From Clostridiales bacterium (GTDB lineage: Bacteria; Bacillota; Clostridia; Saccharofermentanales; Saccharofermentanaceae): 64,000 bases of DNA. Positions within the stretch are counted from its first letter, which is position 1, and every line of letters starts with the position of its first letter. A program made the translations under genes and the position numbers. The DNA lies in contig JAFWMQ010000008.1 in assembly GCA_017510605.1 (NCBI GenBank), positions 82,234 through 146,233 on the forward strand, read 5' to 3'. Below the pieces are notes generated by a model. It worked only from the letters and a program-made list of their open reading frames with translations. It did not search any database and had not been told where the DNA came from. Below, one piece after another: positions 27,655 to 36,748 of the stretch.

Positions 27655-28856
27655 AGAAGATCGCGATGTTTACGATGGGCACCAGAGGTGATGTCCAGCC
27701 GTATATCTATCTTTCGAAAGAACTGATGAAGAACGGATACGACGTGACTTTGGGCTCGCATCCGTGCTGGCGTGGACTTGTTGAAGACTCCGGAATACAT
27801 TTCGAGCCGATAGGACCTGACATCGATATCGAGAAAGAGGCTGCCGTGATACGCGGAAAATCGCATAATGCGATGATGAGCCTCATTAAGTGCATGAACT
27901 TCATAATGAAGATAATCCGGAACTCGACAGAAGAGGTTTATGAAGTCTGCAAGGGAAAAGATCTGATAGTTGTTACCCACAGCCAGATGGGAGCGGTTGA
28001 AGCCGGTGTTATCGGAATACCGACAGTTAATGTAACGCTTCAGACGGAGATGATCGGTGAGAAGCTCAGAAAACAGACGGTTAAGGATAAGCTCGTGGGC
28101 GGGATGATAGCGAAGCAGGTCGCAAAACCCTATAACAAGATACGCAAAAAGTATGGTCTAAAGAAGATCAAATCCGCAGATGAGATCATGTCAGATAAGC
28201 TGAATCTTATTCCGGTAAGTAAATATGTTATTGAACGTAATCCATACTGGGAAGCCAAGAATGTCATCACGGGCTACTGGTTCGATGAGGATGAAAGTTA
28301 TACCCCTGATGACAGTCTGGAAGAGTTTATGAAGGCGGGAGATAAACCGGCAATTCTGGCTTTAGGTGCTATGTCATTTGAAGCAGAGTCTGAGAAGAAA
28401 AAACTCGATATGTTCGTTAACGCTTTTGCGAAAACCGGATGCCGCGCGGTCATCCAGGGCTTCCAGAAAACACTCAAAGATTATAAACTCCCTGACACCA
28501 TGATCGCCGTGGGAAGTGTCCCTCACAGCTGGCTGTTCAGACAAGGTAAGTTTGTCATTCATCATTGCGGATTCGGAACTGCTGCTTCATCAATGATCTA
28601 CGGCATTCCGTCCATTCCTGTACCGCATGTTTTGGACCAGCTGGGATTTGCGATGCAGCTCGAGAAGATAGATGTTGCGACGAAACATATAGATGCAAAA
28701 GACCTGTGTGAAGAACGTATCATCTCAGCTATCAAAGAGATGAACAGCACTTATGCAGTAAAAAAACAGAACGCCGAGTCGATCTCGGGAAAGATCAGTT
28801 CAGAGCTCGGAACAGCCGAAGCCGTAAGACTCATAAGCGGGGTTATCGGCAGATAA
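27651..28856 (+). CDS. GT1/GT28-like UDP-glycosyltransferase (sterol/macrolide glycosyltransferase-like)
   Basis: TMGTRGDVQPY; VPHSWLF; HHCGFGT; DQ motif. Confidence 0.88.
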   Translation: MKKIAMFTMGTRGDVQPYIYLSKELMKNGYDVTLGSHPCWRGLVEDSGIHFEPIGPDIDIEKEAAVIRGKSHNAMMSLIKCMNFIMKIIRNSTEEVYEVCKGKDLIVVTHSQMGAVEAGVIGIPTVNVTLQTEMIGEKLRKQTVKDKLVGGMIAKQVAKPYNKIRKKYGLKKIKSADEIMSDKLNLIPVSKYVIERNPYWEAKNVITGYWFDEDESYTPDDSLEEFMKAGDKPAILALGAMSFEAESEKKKLDMFVNAFAKTGCRAVIQGFQKTLKDYKLPDTMIAVGSVPHSWLFRQGKFVIHHCGFGTAASSMIYGIPSIPVPHVLDQLGFAMQLEKIDVATKHIDAKDLCEERIISAIKEMNSTYAVKKQNAESISGKISSELGTAEAVRLISGVIGR

Positions 28857-28930
28857 GAATAAGTTTGCTCATTCACTTCAAATGTGAAACAATTAACCAT
28901 AGCAAATATTTTTCGAAAAGAGTGTCACCA

Positions 28931-29995
28931 ATGACAAAAGTAATTGTCGGAATGTCGGGCGGAGTTGACAGCGCTGTTGCAGCATATCTTTTGAAGCAAC
29001 AGGGCTATGAGGTAATGGGTGTTACGCTCCGGACATGGGGTTCTGATGAAGAAGGTGACAGCAGATGCTGCGAGATCGATGAAGCAAGGCGCATCTGTGA
29101 GATATTGGACATAAAATATCATCCCCACAACTGCACTTCACTTTTCAAAGCGAAAGTCGTTGATCCGTTTGTTGATGCGTATCTTGAAGGCATGACGCCT
29201 AATCCGTGCATAGAGTGCAACAGGTTTGTTAAGTGGGCGAAGCTCATGGAACTTGCGGATATCTTCGAAGCACAGTATGTTGCGACAGGCCACTACGCAT
29301 TTTTGGAGAAGCTGTCCAACGGAAGATACACAGTCCGTAAGGCTGCGCACATCGGCAAAGACCAGACATATATGCTCTATAAACTGACTCAGGAACATCT
29401 GGCACGGACCATTATGCCTCTCGGGAAATACACCAAGGATGAGGTCCGTGCGATAGCAGAGAAAGCGGGACTTCCATGCGCACACAAGGAAGATTCGCAG
29501 GAGATCTGTTTTGTAACTGAAGGAAGATACACGGATTTCATCGGCGAACACACTGAGAAATCATTGCCGGGTGAAGGTGATTTTGTCGATGAGGAAGGAA
29601 ATGTCCTTGGAAAACACAAGGGTATTTACCAGTACACTGTCGGACAGCGGAAAGGGCTTGGCATAGCATTAGGATATCCTGCTTTTGTCACCAAGATCTG
29701 TCCTGAAAACAACACGGTTGTGTTAGGTACAGAAGAGTCTCTGATGTGTGATTCTTTCTTTTGCAGGGATGTTAATTTCCTGAGCATTCCGGTACCGCAG
29801 ACCGGTGATAAGGTCAGATGTTTGGCGAAGGCAAGATATCATCAGACAGAGCGTCCTGCCACTCTTGAGATGATGGAAGACGGGCGGATCAAAGTCACAC
29901 TTGACGAAGCGGTTAAGGGTGTATCTCCGGGTCAGTCGGCAGTTTTCTATGATGAGAACGGGTGTGTGGTTGGCGGCGGGCTGATCGTACAGTAA
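28931..29995 (+). CDS. mnmA: tRNA 2-thiouridine(34) synthase
   Basis: GMSGGVDS, NPCIECN, ATGHYA, KDQTYML, DSQEICF, GQRKGLG, PGQSAVFY. Confidence 0.96.
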   Translation: MTKVIVGMSGGVDSAVAAYLLKQQGYEVMGVTLRTWGSDEEGDSRCCEIDEARRICEILDIKYHPHNCTSLFKAKVVDPFVDAYLEGMTPNPCIECNRFVKWAKLMELADIFEAQYVATGHYAFLEKLSNGRYTVRKAAHIGKDQTYMLYKLTQEHLARTIMPLGKYTKDEVRAIAEKAGLPCAHKEDSQEICFVTEGRYTDFIGEHTEKSLPGEGDFVDEEGNVLGKHKGIYQYTVGQRKGLGIALGYPAFVTKICPENNTVVLGTEESLMCDSFFCRDVNFLSIPVPQTGDKVRCLAKARYHQTERPATLEMMEDGRIKVTLDEAVKGVSPGQSAVFYDENGCVVGGGLIVQ

Positions 29996-30008
29996 CAGGA
30001 GGATTTTG

Positions 30009-30449
30009 ATGGATAAAGAGTTAGTTGATTTTCTCATCAGGGCAAAACAGGCAACATATGCCGGCAAGGGTGCCGAGACGGTTTCTTCCAGAGTAGGTTC
30101 GCATGACCTCATCTATAGAGAAGGTCAGTATATGTACTATGACACATATCTCGGAGGGGACAAATTCGCTGGTGAAGAAGCTCTATGGATATCTGAGATT
30201 CCTTTTTGGAGCATGAACTATGTCGGACGTGTCATTGGTGATAACTTCAGCGGAGATTTCCTGAAGGAAGCACTGCTCCGTGTTCCTGAGGATAAGCCTT
30301 TCAGGGGACCATCAGAATATACTGATGGAGACTACACTTATAAATGTGATATTGACGGCGGTTACGAATGGTTCCAGGGAAAGGAGATCATAAGCCTTAA
30401 AGGCAATTTGATCTACGAGTGTTATTTCCACGGCGGCCTGATAAAGTAA
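30009..30449 (+). CDS. DUF5680-like hypothetical protein
   Basis: FLIRAKQATYAG; FAGEE; WSMNYVG; PFRGP; FHGG. Confidence 0.75.
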   Translation: MDKELVDFLIRAKQATYAGKGAETVSSRVGSHDLIYREGQYMYYDTYLGGDKFAGEEALWISEIPFWSMNYVGRVIGDNFSGDFLKEALLRVPEDKPFRGPSEYTDGDYTYKCDIDGGYEWFQGKEIISLKGNLIYECYFHGGLIK

Positions 30450-30483
30450 CGCAGAACCTGCTTTGTGAACTGAGGTGTTACAG

Positions 30484-30900
30484 ATGCGGATACCGAAGAT
30501 CAATTCGATACATTACGGCGGAATATGGATAGCGGTAAGTCTTCTCATCGGTGCCGTTGTTCCGCTGATCCTGTGGCTCGTTTTTCGCAAGCTGTTTATC
30601 GTTCCTGTCATTATCGGTGCAGTGATCCTGGCTGTATTTATAGTCGTGTTCTGCATTGAGATGCGTCAGGATAATTCGAAAGTTCCATATTATGAAAAAA
30701 ATCTGAAGAATGAGATAAAGTTTGATCCGGAGACGCAGTATGCGGTCATCAGAAGTTCGATATGTACAGGTGAGAAAGTTGCCGGGTTCAAGAATAAGAA
30801 AGACGGACATTTCACTGAAGTAATGGTGATAAGAACGCCCGATGACGAGCGGCGGTTCAAGTCGATATACGGATTGGAGAATGTGCGCACCGAATATTAA
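30484..30900 (+). CDS. Hypothetical protein, two TM helices plus small soluble domain
   Basis: VIRSSICTGEKVAGFK...FTEVMVIR. Confidence 0.75.
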   Translation: MRIPKINSIHYGGIWIAVSLLIGAVVPLILWLVFRKLFIVPVIIGAVILAVFIVVFCIEMRQDNSKVPYYEKNLKNEIKFDPETQYAVIRSSICTGEKVAGFKNKKDGHFTEVMVIRTPDDERRFKSIYGLENVRTEY

Positions 30901-30946
30901 GACGGCAAAATTATGGGTGATTGAGCCGGCATGAGGATGCAAAGCT

Positions 30947-31192
30947 TTTTGCCTATGTTTTTCGCGATTTTTGATAGGCAAAACCCTGTACGGTGCCTGT
31001 CCACAAGATTCGGGGTCACGTCCGGAAACAGATTCCGACTCACCGTCCGACTTTTCGCGCGCGAAAACACGGAGAAAAAGTCGGAATTCCCAAAATCCGA
31101 CTTTTCTTCCGACTTTTTAGGCTTTACAGGTCGGATTTTTCCGGCTGAACGATGCCGCTTTACAGGTCGGATCTCCTCGACTGAATGAAGCC
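30947..31192. repeat. REP-like palindromic/iterated intergenic element (TCCGAC core)
   Basis: Seven TCCGAC/GTCGGA cores, a 16-bp palindrome TTTTCGCGCGCGAAAA, a 10-bp-stem hairpin and a 36-bp tandem duplication. Confidence 0.75.
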
Positions 31193-31223
31193 CTGCCTGA
31201 TCGATCCGCTTTTCCGCGCGTGA

Positions 31224-32354
31224 TCAGATGTACGTTCCCAGATAAGCGAACTCGGTAGGTTCGGCATCAAGTTCGCAGAGGAGCGCGATAACTTCTTCGG
31301 AATATACGGATGCTTCGAAATCAAGATAGAACATGAATTCAAAATCTTTTCCGGATATCGGGCGGGATTCGATCTTTGTAAGATTAAGTCCCAATGATGA
31401 GAACTTTGCGAGTGTGTCTGCAAGAGCACCGGGGGTGTGACCCAGAGCGAGCATGACGGAAGTCTTGGAAGCACCGGGGAAAATCATGAGCTCCTTGGTG
31501 ATGCAGATGAAACGTGTGTAATTGTTGTCTGTGTTCTGGATATCATCGCGGATCGATTCAAGACCATAGAGCTGCTGGCAGTCTGAAGATGAGATAGCAG
31601 CAACGTCTTTGCGGCCGGAATCAGCGACGCTCTTTGCAGCAACAGCAGTGTTCTCGACGATGTTGACTTTGATATCCGGGTGCTCTTTAAGGAATTTGCT
31701 GCATTGGCCGATGGCCTGGTTGTGTGAATAAACTTCGCGGATATCTTCGAATCTTGTTCCGTGATTTGCGAGGAGCTTGTGGCTGATCCTGAGTTTGTAA
31801 TCTCTTACGATATGGAAATTGTGGCCGACCATGAGGTCATAAACCTGGGTGACGGAACCGAATGAACTGTTCTCGATAGGGAGGATGCCGAATTTGCAAA
31901 GGCCGGATTCGACTGCCTGGAAAACACCGTCGAAAGTTCTGAAATACATGATGTTTGCGTGACGGAAGATCTTATCTGTCGCAATCTGGGAGTAAGCTCC
32001 CTCGATGCCCTGGCAGGCAACCATTGGTGATTTGGGGAATTCATTAGGGGTAGTCTCTAACGCTTTGTGGATCTGGTCTGCTAGTCCGGTGCGGGTTCCG
32101 TACTCTGTGTTGCGGTAGGAGTGGCTCAGGTTAAACATCGTGGAGAAAAGAACGCGTTCGTAATTATCGATCAGTGAGTTTGAACTCTCAAGTCCTGCAA
32201 GGTAACTTCGCTCATAGCGTCTGCTCTTTAATGCTATCTCGGATTTGCTCAAAGTCTCATTTGCCGCTTTGCTTGCTTCCAAGCGCTCAGCGAAAAGTTC
32301 CTTGATCTGTTCGTCGATCTCTTCAATTCTTTTTCCAGCCTGCTTCTGTGTCAT
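31224..32354 (-). CDS. pheA: Chorismate mutase/prephenate dehydratase
   Basis: N-terminal CM-like domain; ACQGIEGAYS, LPIENS, SHNQAIGQC, NYTRF, LTKIESRP, FYLDF (ACT). Confidence 0.93.
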   Translation of the reverse strand: MTQKQAGKRIEEIDEQIKELFAERLEASKAANETLSKSEIALKSRRYERSYLAGLESSNSLIDNYERVLFSTMFNLSHSYRNTEYGTRTGLADQIHKALETTPNEFPKSPMVACQGIEGAYSQIATDKIFRHANIMYFRTFDGVFQAVESGLCKFGILPIENSSFGSVTQVYDLMVGHNFHIVRDYKLRISHKLLANHGTRFEDIREVYSHNQAIGQCSKFLKEHPDIKVNIVENTAVAAKSVADSGRKDVAAISSSDCQQLYGLESIRDDIQNTDNNYTRFICITKELMIFPGASKTSVMLALGHTPGALADTLAKFSSLGLNLTKIESRPISGKDFEFMFYLDFEASVYSEEVIALLCELDAEPTEFAYLGTYI

Positions 32355-32372
32355 TGTCTTTTCCTCCGTGAT

Positions 32373-32407
32373 ATAAAAAGCCCCGCAGTCTTGTTCACTG
32401 CGGGGCT
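32373..32407 (-). terminator. Attenuator terminator in the pheA leader
   Basis: Minus strand AGCCCCGCAGT-gaacaag-ACTGCGGGGCT-TTTTAT. Confidence 0.92.
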
Positions 32408-32448
32408 CTGATAATCGTAAACCAAGTTAAATATTTACATGCAGTGAA

Positions 32449-32514
32449 CTAATTACCCCTATTCGTAAAGGCAAAAAAGAAAAAGTCACGCCATGTAAAT
32501 GCAAATTTGTTCAT
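32449..32514 (-). CDS. Phe-rich leader peptide MNKFAFTWRDFFFFAFTNRGN (PheL-like)
   Basis: 7 of 21 codons are Phe, including four consecutive; sits directly upstream of antiterminator and terminator. Confidence 0.88.
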   Translation of the reverse strand: MNKFAFTWRDFFFFAFTNRGN

Positions 32515-32521
32515 GGGGGTA

Positions 32522-32549
32522 ATTATATACCACATTTCAGATTTGTAAA
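32522..32549 (-). promoter_or_regulatory. Promoter of the pheA leader
   Basis: TTTACA (32544-49), 16 nt, TATAAT (32522-27); 7 nt to the leader ATG and no SD. Confidence 0.7.
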
Positions 32550-32622
32550 CACATTCGCGGTTATTTGTCTGAAAACTCGCCGTAATATTAAAAAATACTA
32601 ATTTATGCTACAATTACTCCCT

Positions 32623-33972
32623 ATGAAGAAACTACGGGTATTTACAGCAATTCTTTTTTGCAAGATCATCAGGGCTCTTGCAAGGCTTTTCGGGCGCGGA
32701 TCGAGCCTGCCCGGCAAATATGCCCTTAAGATATGTCCTGATATCCTGTCATGCTTAAAACTTCCGGAGTTATCTGTTGCTGTTACCGGCTCGAACGGTA
32801 AGACTTCCACGGTCGAGATGATCGCTCACATTCTTAAGAGCAACGGCCTTAAAGTCGCTTATAACAAGGAAGGCTCTAACCAGATCGAAGGAGTCGTAAC
32901 TTTTCTCATCGGTGATTCCACATTAGGAGGAAAAGTAAAGAGCGATGTTATTTTGCTCGAAGCTGATGAGAGATATTCAAGGCATATCTTCAAACATTTC
33001 CATCCGAAATATTTCGTTATAAACAACCTGTACAGGGATCAGATGACGAGGAACGGCCATCCAGAATGGATCAAAAGTATTATAGGTGATGCGATCTACG
33101 ATGATATGACACTGATACTCAACAGTGATGATCCGCTGGTCGCAAGCTTTGGCAAGGACAGGGAAGGCACGATCTATTTCGGCGCTGACAGACTTGCTGC
33201 TGACAAAACGGTTCATGAGGGAATCTACAATGACGGTAAATATTGTCCTGTCTGCAAAAAGCCTATGGAATACGAGTACTACCACTACAATCACATCGGA
33301 AAGTTCAGGTGTACATCCTGCGGCTTCGCAAGGCATGATACTGATCACTCCCTTACCGGTATGAATGAAGCAGACGGCAGGGCTTCTATAACGATAGACG
33401 GAAAATACGATATACCTGTTTTCTTTACAGGCATTTACCATTGCTATAACATTCTCGCGGCTTTCACTGCTTCGGTCGCGGCCGGAATCGCTCCGGAAAA
33501 AGCAGCTGAATCGCTCGGAGGATATGTCCTTAAGTCAGGACGTATTTCCGATTTTACTTTGGGAAACTTAGAGGGCAGACTGCTTCTTTCCAAGCATGAG
33601 AACTCGGTGTCCTATGACCGCTCGATCGATGTTGTTGTAAACGACAAGCGAAGGAAGAGCGTCATGATAATAGTTGACGCGATAAGCCGCAAATATTACA
33701 CCTCGGATTCGAGCTGGCTTTGGGATATTAATTTCGAGAAACTGATCGGTGCGGATATTGATAAGATCATTCTCGCAGGCCAGTATTGTGACGATCTGGC
33801 TGTCAGGTTTGAACTGGGAGGCGCGGACAGTTCGAAAACAGTATTTTTCGAGACTGTTCAGGAAGCGGCAGATTACTGCAGAAATAACCTTGATTCGTTC
33901 CTTTATGTCATCACATGTTTCTCCGACAAGGATAAGATCCTTTCTATCGTTACAAGGAGGGAACTTGCATGA
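32623..33972 (+). CDS. murT: Lipid II isoglutaminyl synthase subunit MurT (Mur ligase with DUF1727)
   Basis: VTGSNGKTS, LEADE, NLYRDQMTRNG, CPVC...CTSC insert, DSSWLWD; overlaps a gatD-like gene. Confidence 0.88.
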   Translation: MKKLRVFTAILFCKIIRALARLFGRGSSLPGKYALKICPDILSCLKLPELSVAVTGSNGKTSTVEMIAHILKSNGLKVAYNKEGSNQIEGVVTFLIGDSTLGGKVKSDVILLEADERYSRHIFKHFHPKYFVINNLYRDQMTRNGHPEWIKSIIGDAIYDDMTLILNSDDPLVASFGKDREGTIYFGADRLAADKTVHEGIYNDGKYCPVCKKPMEYEYYHYNHIGKFRCTSCGFARHDTDHSLTGMNEADGRASITIDGKYDIPVFFTGIYHCYNILAAFTASVAAGIAPEKAAESLGGYVLKSGRISDFTLGNLEGRLLLSKHENSVSYDRSIDVVVNDKRRKSVMIIVDAISRKYYTSDSSWLWDINFEKLIGADIDKIILAGQYCDDLAVRFELGGADSSKTVFFETVQEAADYCRNNLDSFLYVITCFSDKDKILSIVTRRELA

Positions 33973-34685
33973 AGATCCTGTATCTCTATCCGGATTTTAT
34001 GAGCCTTTACGGTGATAACGGAAATGTCAGGATCATGGAGCGCAGGCTCAGGGATCAGGGCTTTGACGTTGAGACCGCAAGAGCCACGATCACTGATGAT
34101 CTTATCAGTTTTGAAGATATTGATTTTGTCTATATGGGTTCTGGTTTTGAGTCCAACAGGAATCTTGCAGCCGTTCATCTTGCCCGTTTCAAAGATCAGT
34201 TGATCAAAGCGGTTGATGACGGAGTCCCTATGCTTTTTACAGGCAACAGTTATGACATTCTCGGCAGCGGGATCAGGACTTTTGACGGAAGTGTTGTTGA
34301 AGGCCTCGGGTTATTTGACTATTCGTTCACCGAGCAGCTCGAAAAAAGATATACCGGCGATGTTGTACTGAAAGACCCCGGAACCGGTGAACTGTATGCC
34401 GGATTCGTAAACCGTGCCGGTGTTCCGGATGACCCTTCCTGTTTTGAATTTGAAGTCATAAAAACAATCGGAAATGTACCCATGAGAAAAGACGGTGTCC
34501 GCAAGAATAATCTTCTCGGTATCAGCCTTATCGGCCCTGTTCTTCTCAAGAATCCGAAGATCGCAGAATCATTTGTAAAGACCATATGTGAGCGCAAAGG
34601 CTCGGAATACAAAGAGATCAGTTATCCTCACTCGGAAAGAAGCCACGATAAAACATACAAAGCACTTCTCAGCGCTGAAGACTGA
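33969..34685 (+). CDS. gatD: GatD/CobQ-like glutamine amidotransferase homologue with catalytic residues substituted
   Basis: LYPDFMSLYGDNGNV, YMGSG, GPVLLKNP conserved; the nucleophile and His positions read G and I. Confidence 0.8.
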   Translation: MKILYLYPDFMSLYGDNGNVRIMERRLRDQGFDVETARATITDDLISFEDIDFVYMGSGFESNRNLAAVHLARFKDQLIKAVDDGVPMLFTGNSYDILGSGIRTFDGSVVEGLGLFDYSFTEQLEKRYTGDVVLKDPGTGELYAGFVNRAGVPDDPSCFEFEVIKTIGNVPMRKDGVRKNNLLGISLIGPVLLKNPKIAESFVKTICERKGSEYKEISYPHSERSHDKTYKALLSAED

Positions 34686-34735
34686 TTATCTAAGATACTT
34701 GATTTATGTTATACTAATAAATCGGGAGGGATAAT

Positions 34736-35821
34736 ATGGCTGATACAATTAAATGCCCCAATTGCGGGTCTAATCTCACACTTAATGCTGACACTCAAAA
34801 ACTTGAATGTCCTAATTGCGGATCCACATTTGATCCCAATTCGCTTGCTGTAACGGTAGAAGAACTTGAAGCGAAGAAAGCAGAACCTACTGATCCTGCA
34901 CAGTCACAGCAGCCTCAGGGAGAAGAGCAGCCTCAGGGTGCTCCTGAACAGACCGAATTTGTATGCAATGCTTGCGGAGCCAAACTTGTAACTGACGCAC
35001 ATACTGCTGCAACTTTCTGTGCGTTCTGCGGATCTCCTGCACTTGTCGGAAAGAGACTGACCGAGCAGTTCCAGCCTCAGTACATGATTCCTTTCAAATA
35101 CTCAAGAAGCTCTGCCGAAGATGCTTTTTTCAAGTGGGCAGGCAAAGGCAAATGGACACCGTTCGGATTTGTTTCAAAGAAGAGCGTCCAGAAGATGACA
35201 GGTCTTTATGTCCCTTTCTGGCTCTTCAATATTAAAGCAACTATCGATGCGCACGGAACGGGCGATAAGATCCACTATAAAGGCAATGACGAGATCATCG
35301 AGACATTTTCTTTTGACAGGAATGCATCGCTCAGCTGGAGCCATGTACCGCTTGACGGTGAGACTAGGATCGATGACGCTCTGATGGAAGCTATCGAACC
35401 GTTCGATTTTAATGCCCTCATACCATACGACTACAGATATCTTCCGGGGTTCTATGCAGACAGGTTCGACCAGTCTCCCCAAGATCTTGCCGGCCGCGCA
35501 ACAAAGCGTGGAATGGACGGAATCGATAAGGCTCTCAAGGGTTCCTTGAAGGGTACTTTCGACAGATTTAACATCAAGGAGAACAAGAGCAGGATAGATT
35601 CGATGGAAGCAAACTATGCATTGCTCCCTGTATGGTTCCTGTCATACAAATACCGCAACAAGTTTTATTATTTTGCCATGAACGGACAGACCGGCGAAGT
35701 AGCAGGAAAGATCCCTGTAAGCCCGGTTAAGAAGATGATGTTCTTCTTTATCGTTCTCGGTATTCTGGCCGTCATTACAAGATTTGTCTTGGGCCTTATC
35801 ATGAGGGGGTTCTGGGGATGA
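34736..35821 (+). CDS. Multi-zinc-ribbon membrane-anchored protein
   Basis: CPNCG, CPNCG, CNACG, CAFCG; NGQTGEVAG; C-terminal TM. Confidence 0.82.
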   Translation: MADTIKCPNCGSNLTLNADTQKLECPNCGSTFDPNSLAVTVEELEAKKAEPTDPAQSQQPQGEEQPQGAPEQTEFVCNACGAKLVTDAHTAATFCAFCGSPALVGKRLTEQFQPQYMIPFKYSRSSAEDAFFKWAGKGKWTPFGFVSKKSVQKMTGLYVPFWLFNIKATIDAHGTGDKIHYKGNDEIIETFSFDRNASLSWSHVPLDGETRIDDALMEAIEPFDFNALIPYDYRYLPGFYADRFDQSPQDLAGRATKRGMDGIDKALKGSLKGTFDRFNIKENKSRIDSMEANYALLPVWFLSYKYRNKFYYFAMNGQTGEVAGKIPVSPVKKMMFFFIVLGILAVITRFVLGLIMRGFWG

Positions 35822-36705
35822 GTGATAATCTTGATATTAATGAAATGAATCAGTCTCAGGAGAAGGCCACGAAGCTCTCAGTCTTATCCGAGCTTAACGG
35901 AGCTTCTATCGGTGTAGGCATCGCGCTTATCTGCGTAATAATTGCAAGCGTTATGTTTTATATCTTTATGAACCTGTCGCCTAAAAAGACCGTTAAGGTC
36001 ATTGACGATGCCAATCTTTTTACGAGCCAGGAACTCGACAATATTACCGAAGAAGCGAAAAGACTTTCTAAAGAGAAAGATATCAACGTAGTCATCGTTA
36101 CTACTAAGGACAAAGGCAATAAATATTCGAATTCTGATGATGATGAGAAGAGATTTGCCGAAGATTTTTATATGGATCACGTAAAGACGGTTCCGCTTCA
36201 GAATAATTCGGGAGTCTGCATCCTGATCGATGTTACGCTCGATTATCAGGGCGGAAGATTCTTCTGGCTTTACACATACGGAACCGCCCACTTTGCTGTT
36301 GATGATGACGATTGTTACAGACTTTTCAGGAAATACATAACGCAGCTTGGAAACGGGGAATACGGTACCGCTGTTGAAGGTATCACTAAAGATCTCAAAT
36401 CATTCTCGTACCAGAATTACGGAGCCATAGTTTTCTTTACGATCGTTATTCCGATAGGATTGGCTTTGGTTATTACTGCTCTTGCATCTCCTAAGAGAAG
36501 ATTGGATAAGATGCCTGCGATCAGTACTTATTCCATTCCCGGAACCAACAAAGTCGAAAAACATGATGTTTTCAAGAGTAAAAAGGTTATTCACCATGAA
36601 TCTTCGTCAAGCGGCGGAGGAGGCGGCTTCTCCGGCGGTGGCGGAGGCGGTTTCTCCGGTGGCGGAGGCGGCGGCTTCTCCGGCGGTGGCGGCGGACGCT
36701 TCTGA
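35818..36705 (+). CDS. TPM (DUF477) domain membrane protein with Gly-rich tail
   Basis: VIDDANLF, VVIVTT, GVCILID; C-terminal SSSGGGGGFSGG...GRF. Confidence 0.85.
   Translation: MSDNLDINEMNQSQEKATKLSVLSELNGASIGVGIALICVIIASVMFYIFMNLSPKKTVKVIDDANLFTSQELDNITEEAKRLSKEKDINVVIVTTKDKGNKYSNSDDDEKRFAEDFYMDHVKTVPLQNNSGVCILIDVTLDYQGGRFFWLYTYGTAHFAVDDDDCYRLFRKYITQLGNGEYGTAVEGITKDLKSFSYQNYGAIVFFTIVIPIGLALVITALASPKRRLDKMPAISTYSIPGTNKVEKHDVFKSKKVIHHESSSSGGGGGFSGGGGGGFSGGGGGGFSGGGGGRF
36613..36702 (+). repeat. In-frame 3x (G5-6-F-S) repeat
   Basis: GGCGGxTTCTCCGGxGGx units read directly. Confidence 0.85.
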
Positions 36706-36748
36706 TGTGTTAAAATACCGCGTAATTTTGTATTAGCGAAGGATTATT

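Noticed and set aside
30931-31188. 85-aa ORF over the TCCGAC array
   Set aside because: The peptide periodicity (KSDF/SSDF, FTGRI twice) merely reflects the DNA repeats, and there is no convincing SD.
31121-31192. Two 36-bp repeats as a mini-CRISPR array
   Set aside because: The copies are directly adjacent with no spacer, only 29/36 identical, and no cas genes are in the window.
32355-32550. T-box riboswitch upstream of pheA
   Set aside because: No T-box consensus (GGTGGnACC) or stem I features, and the leader is too short; the leader-peptide model explains all the pairings.
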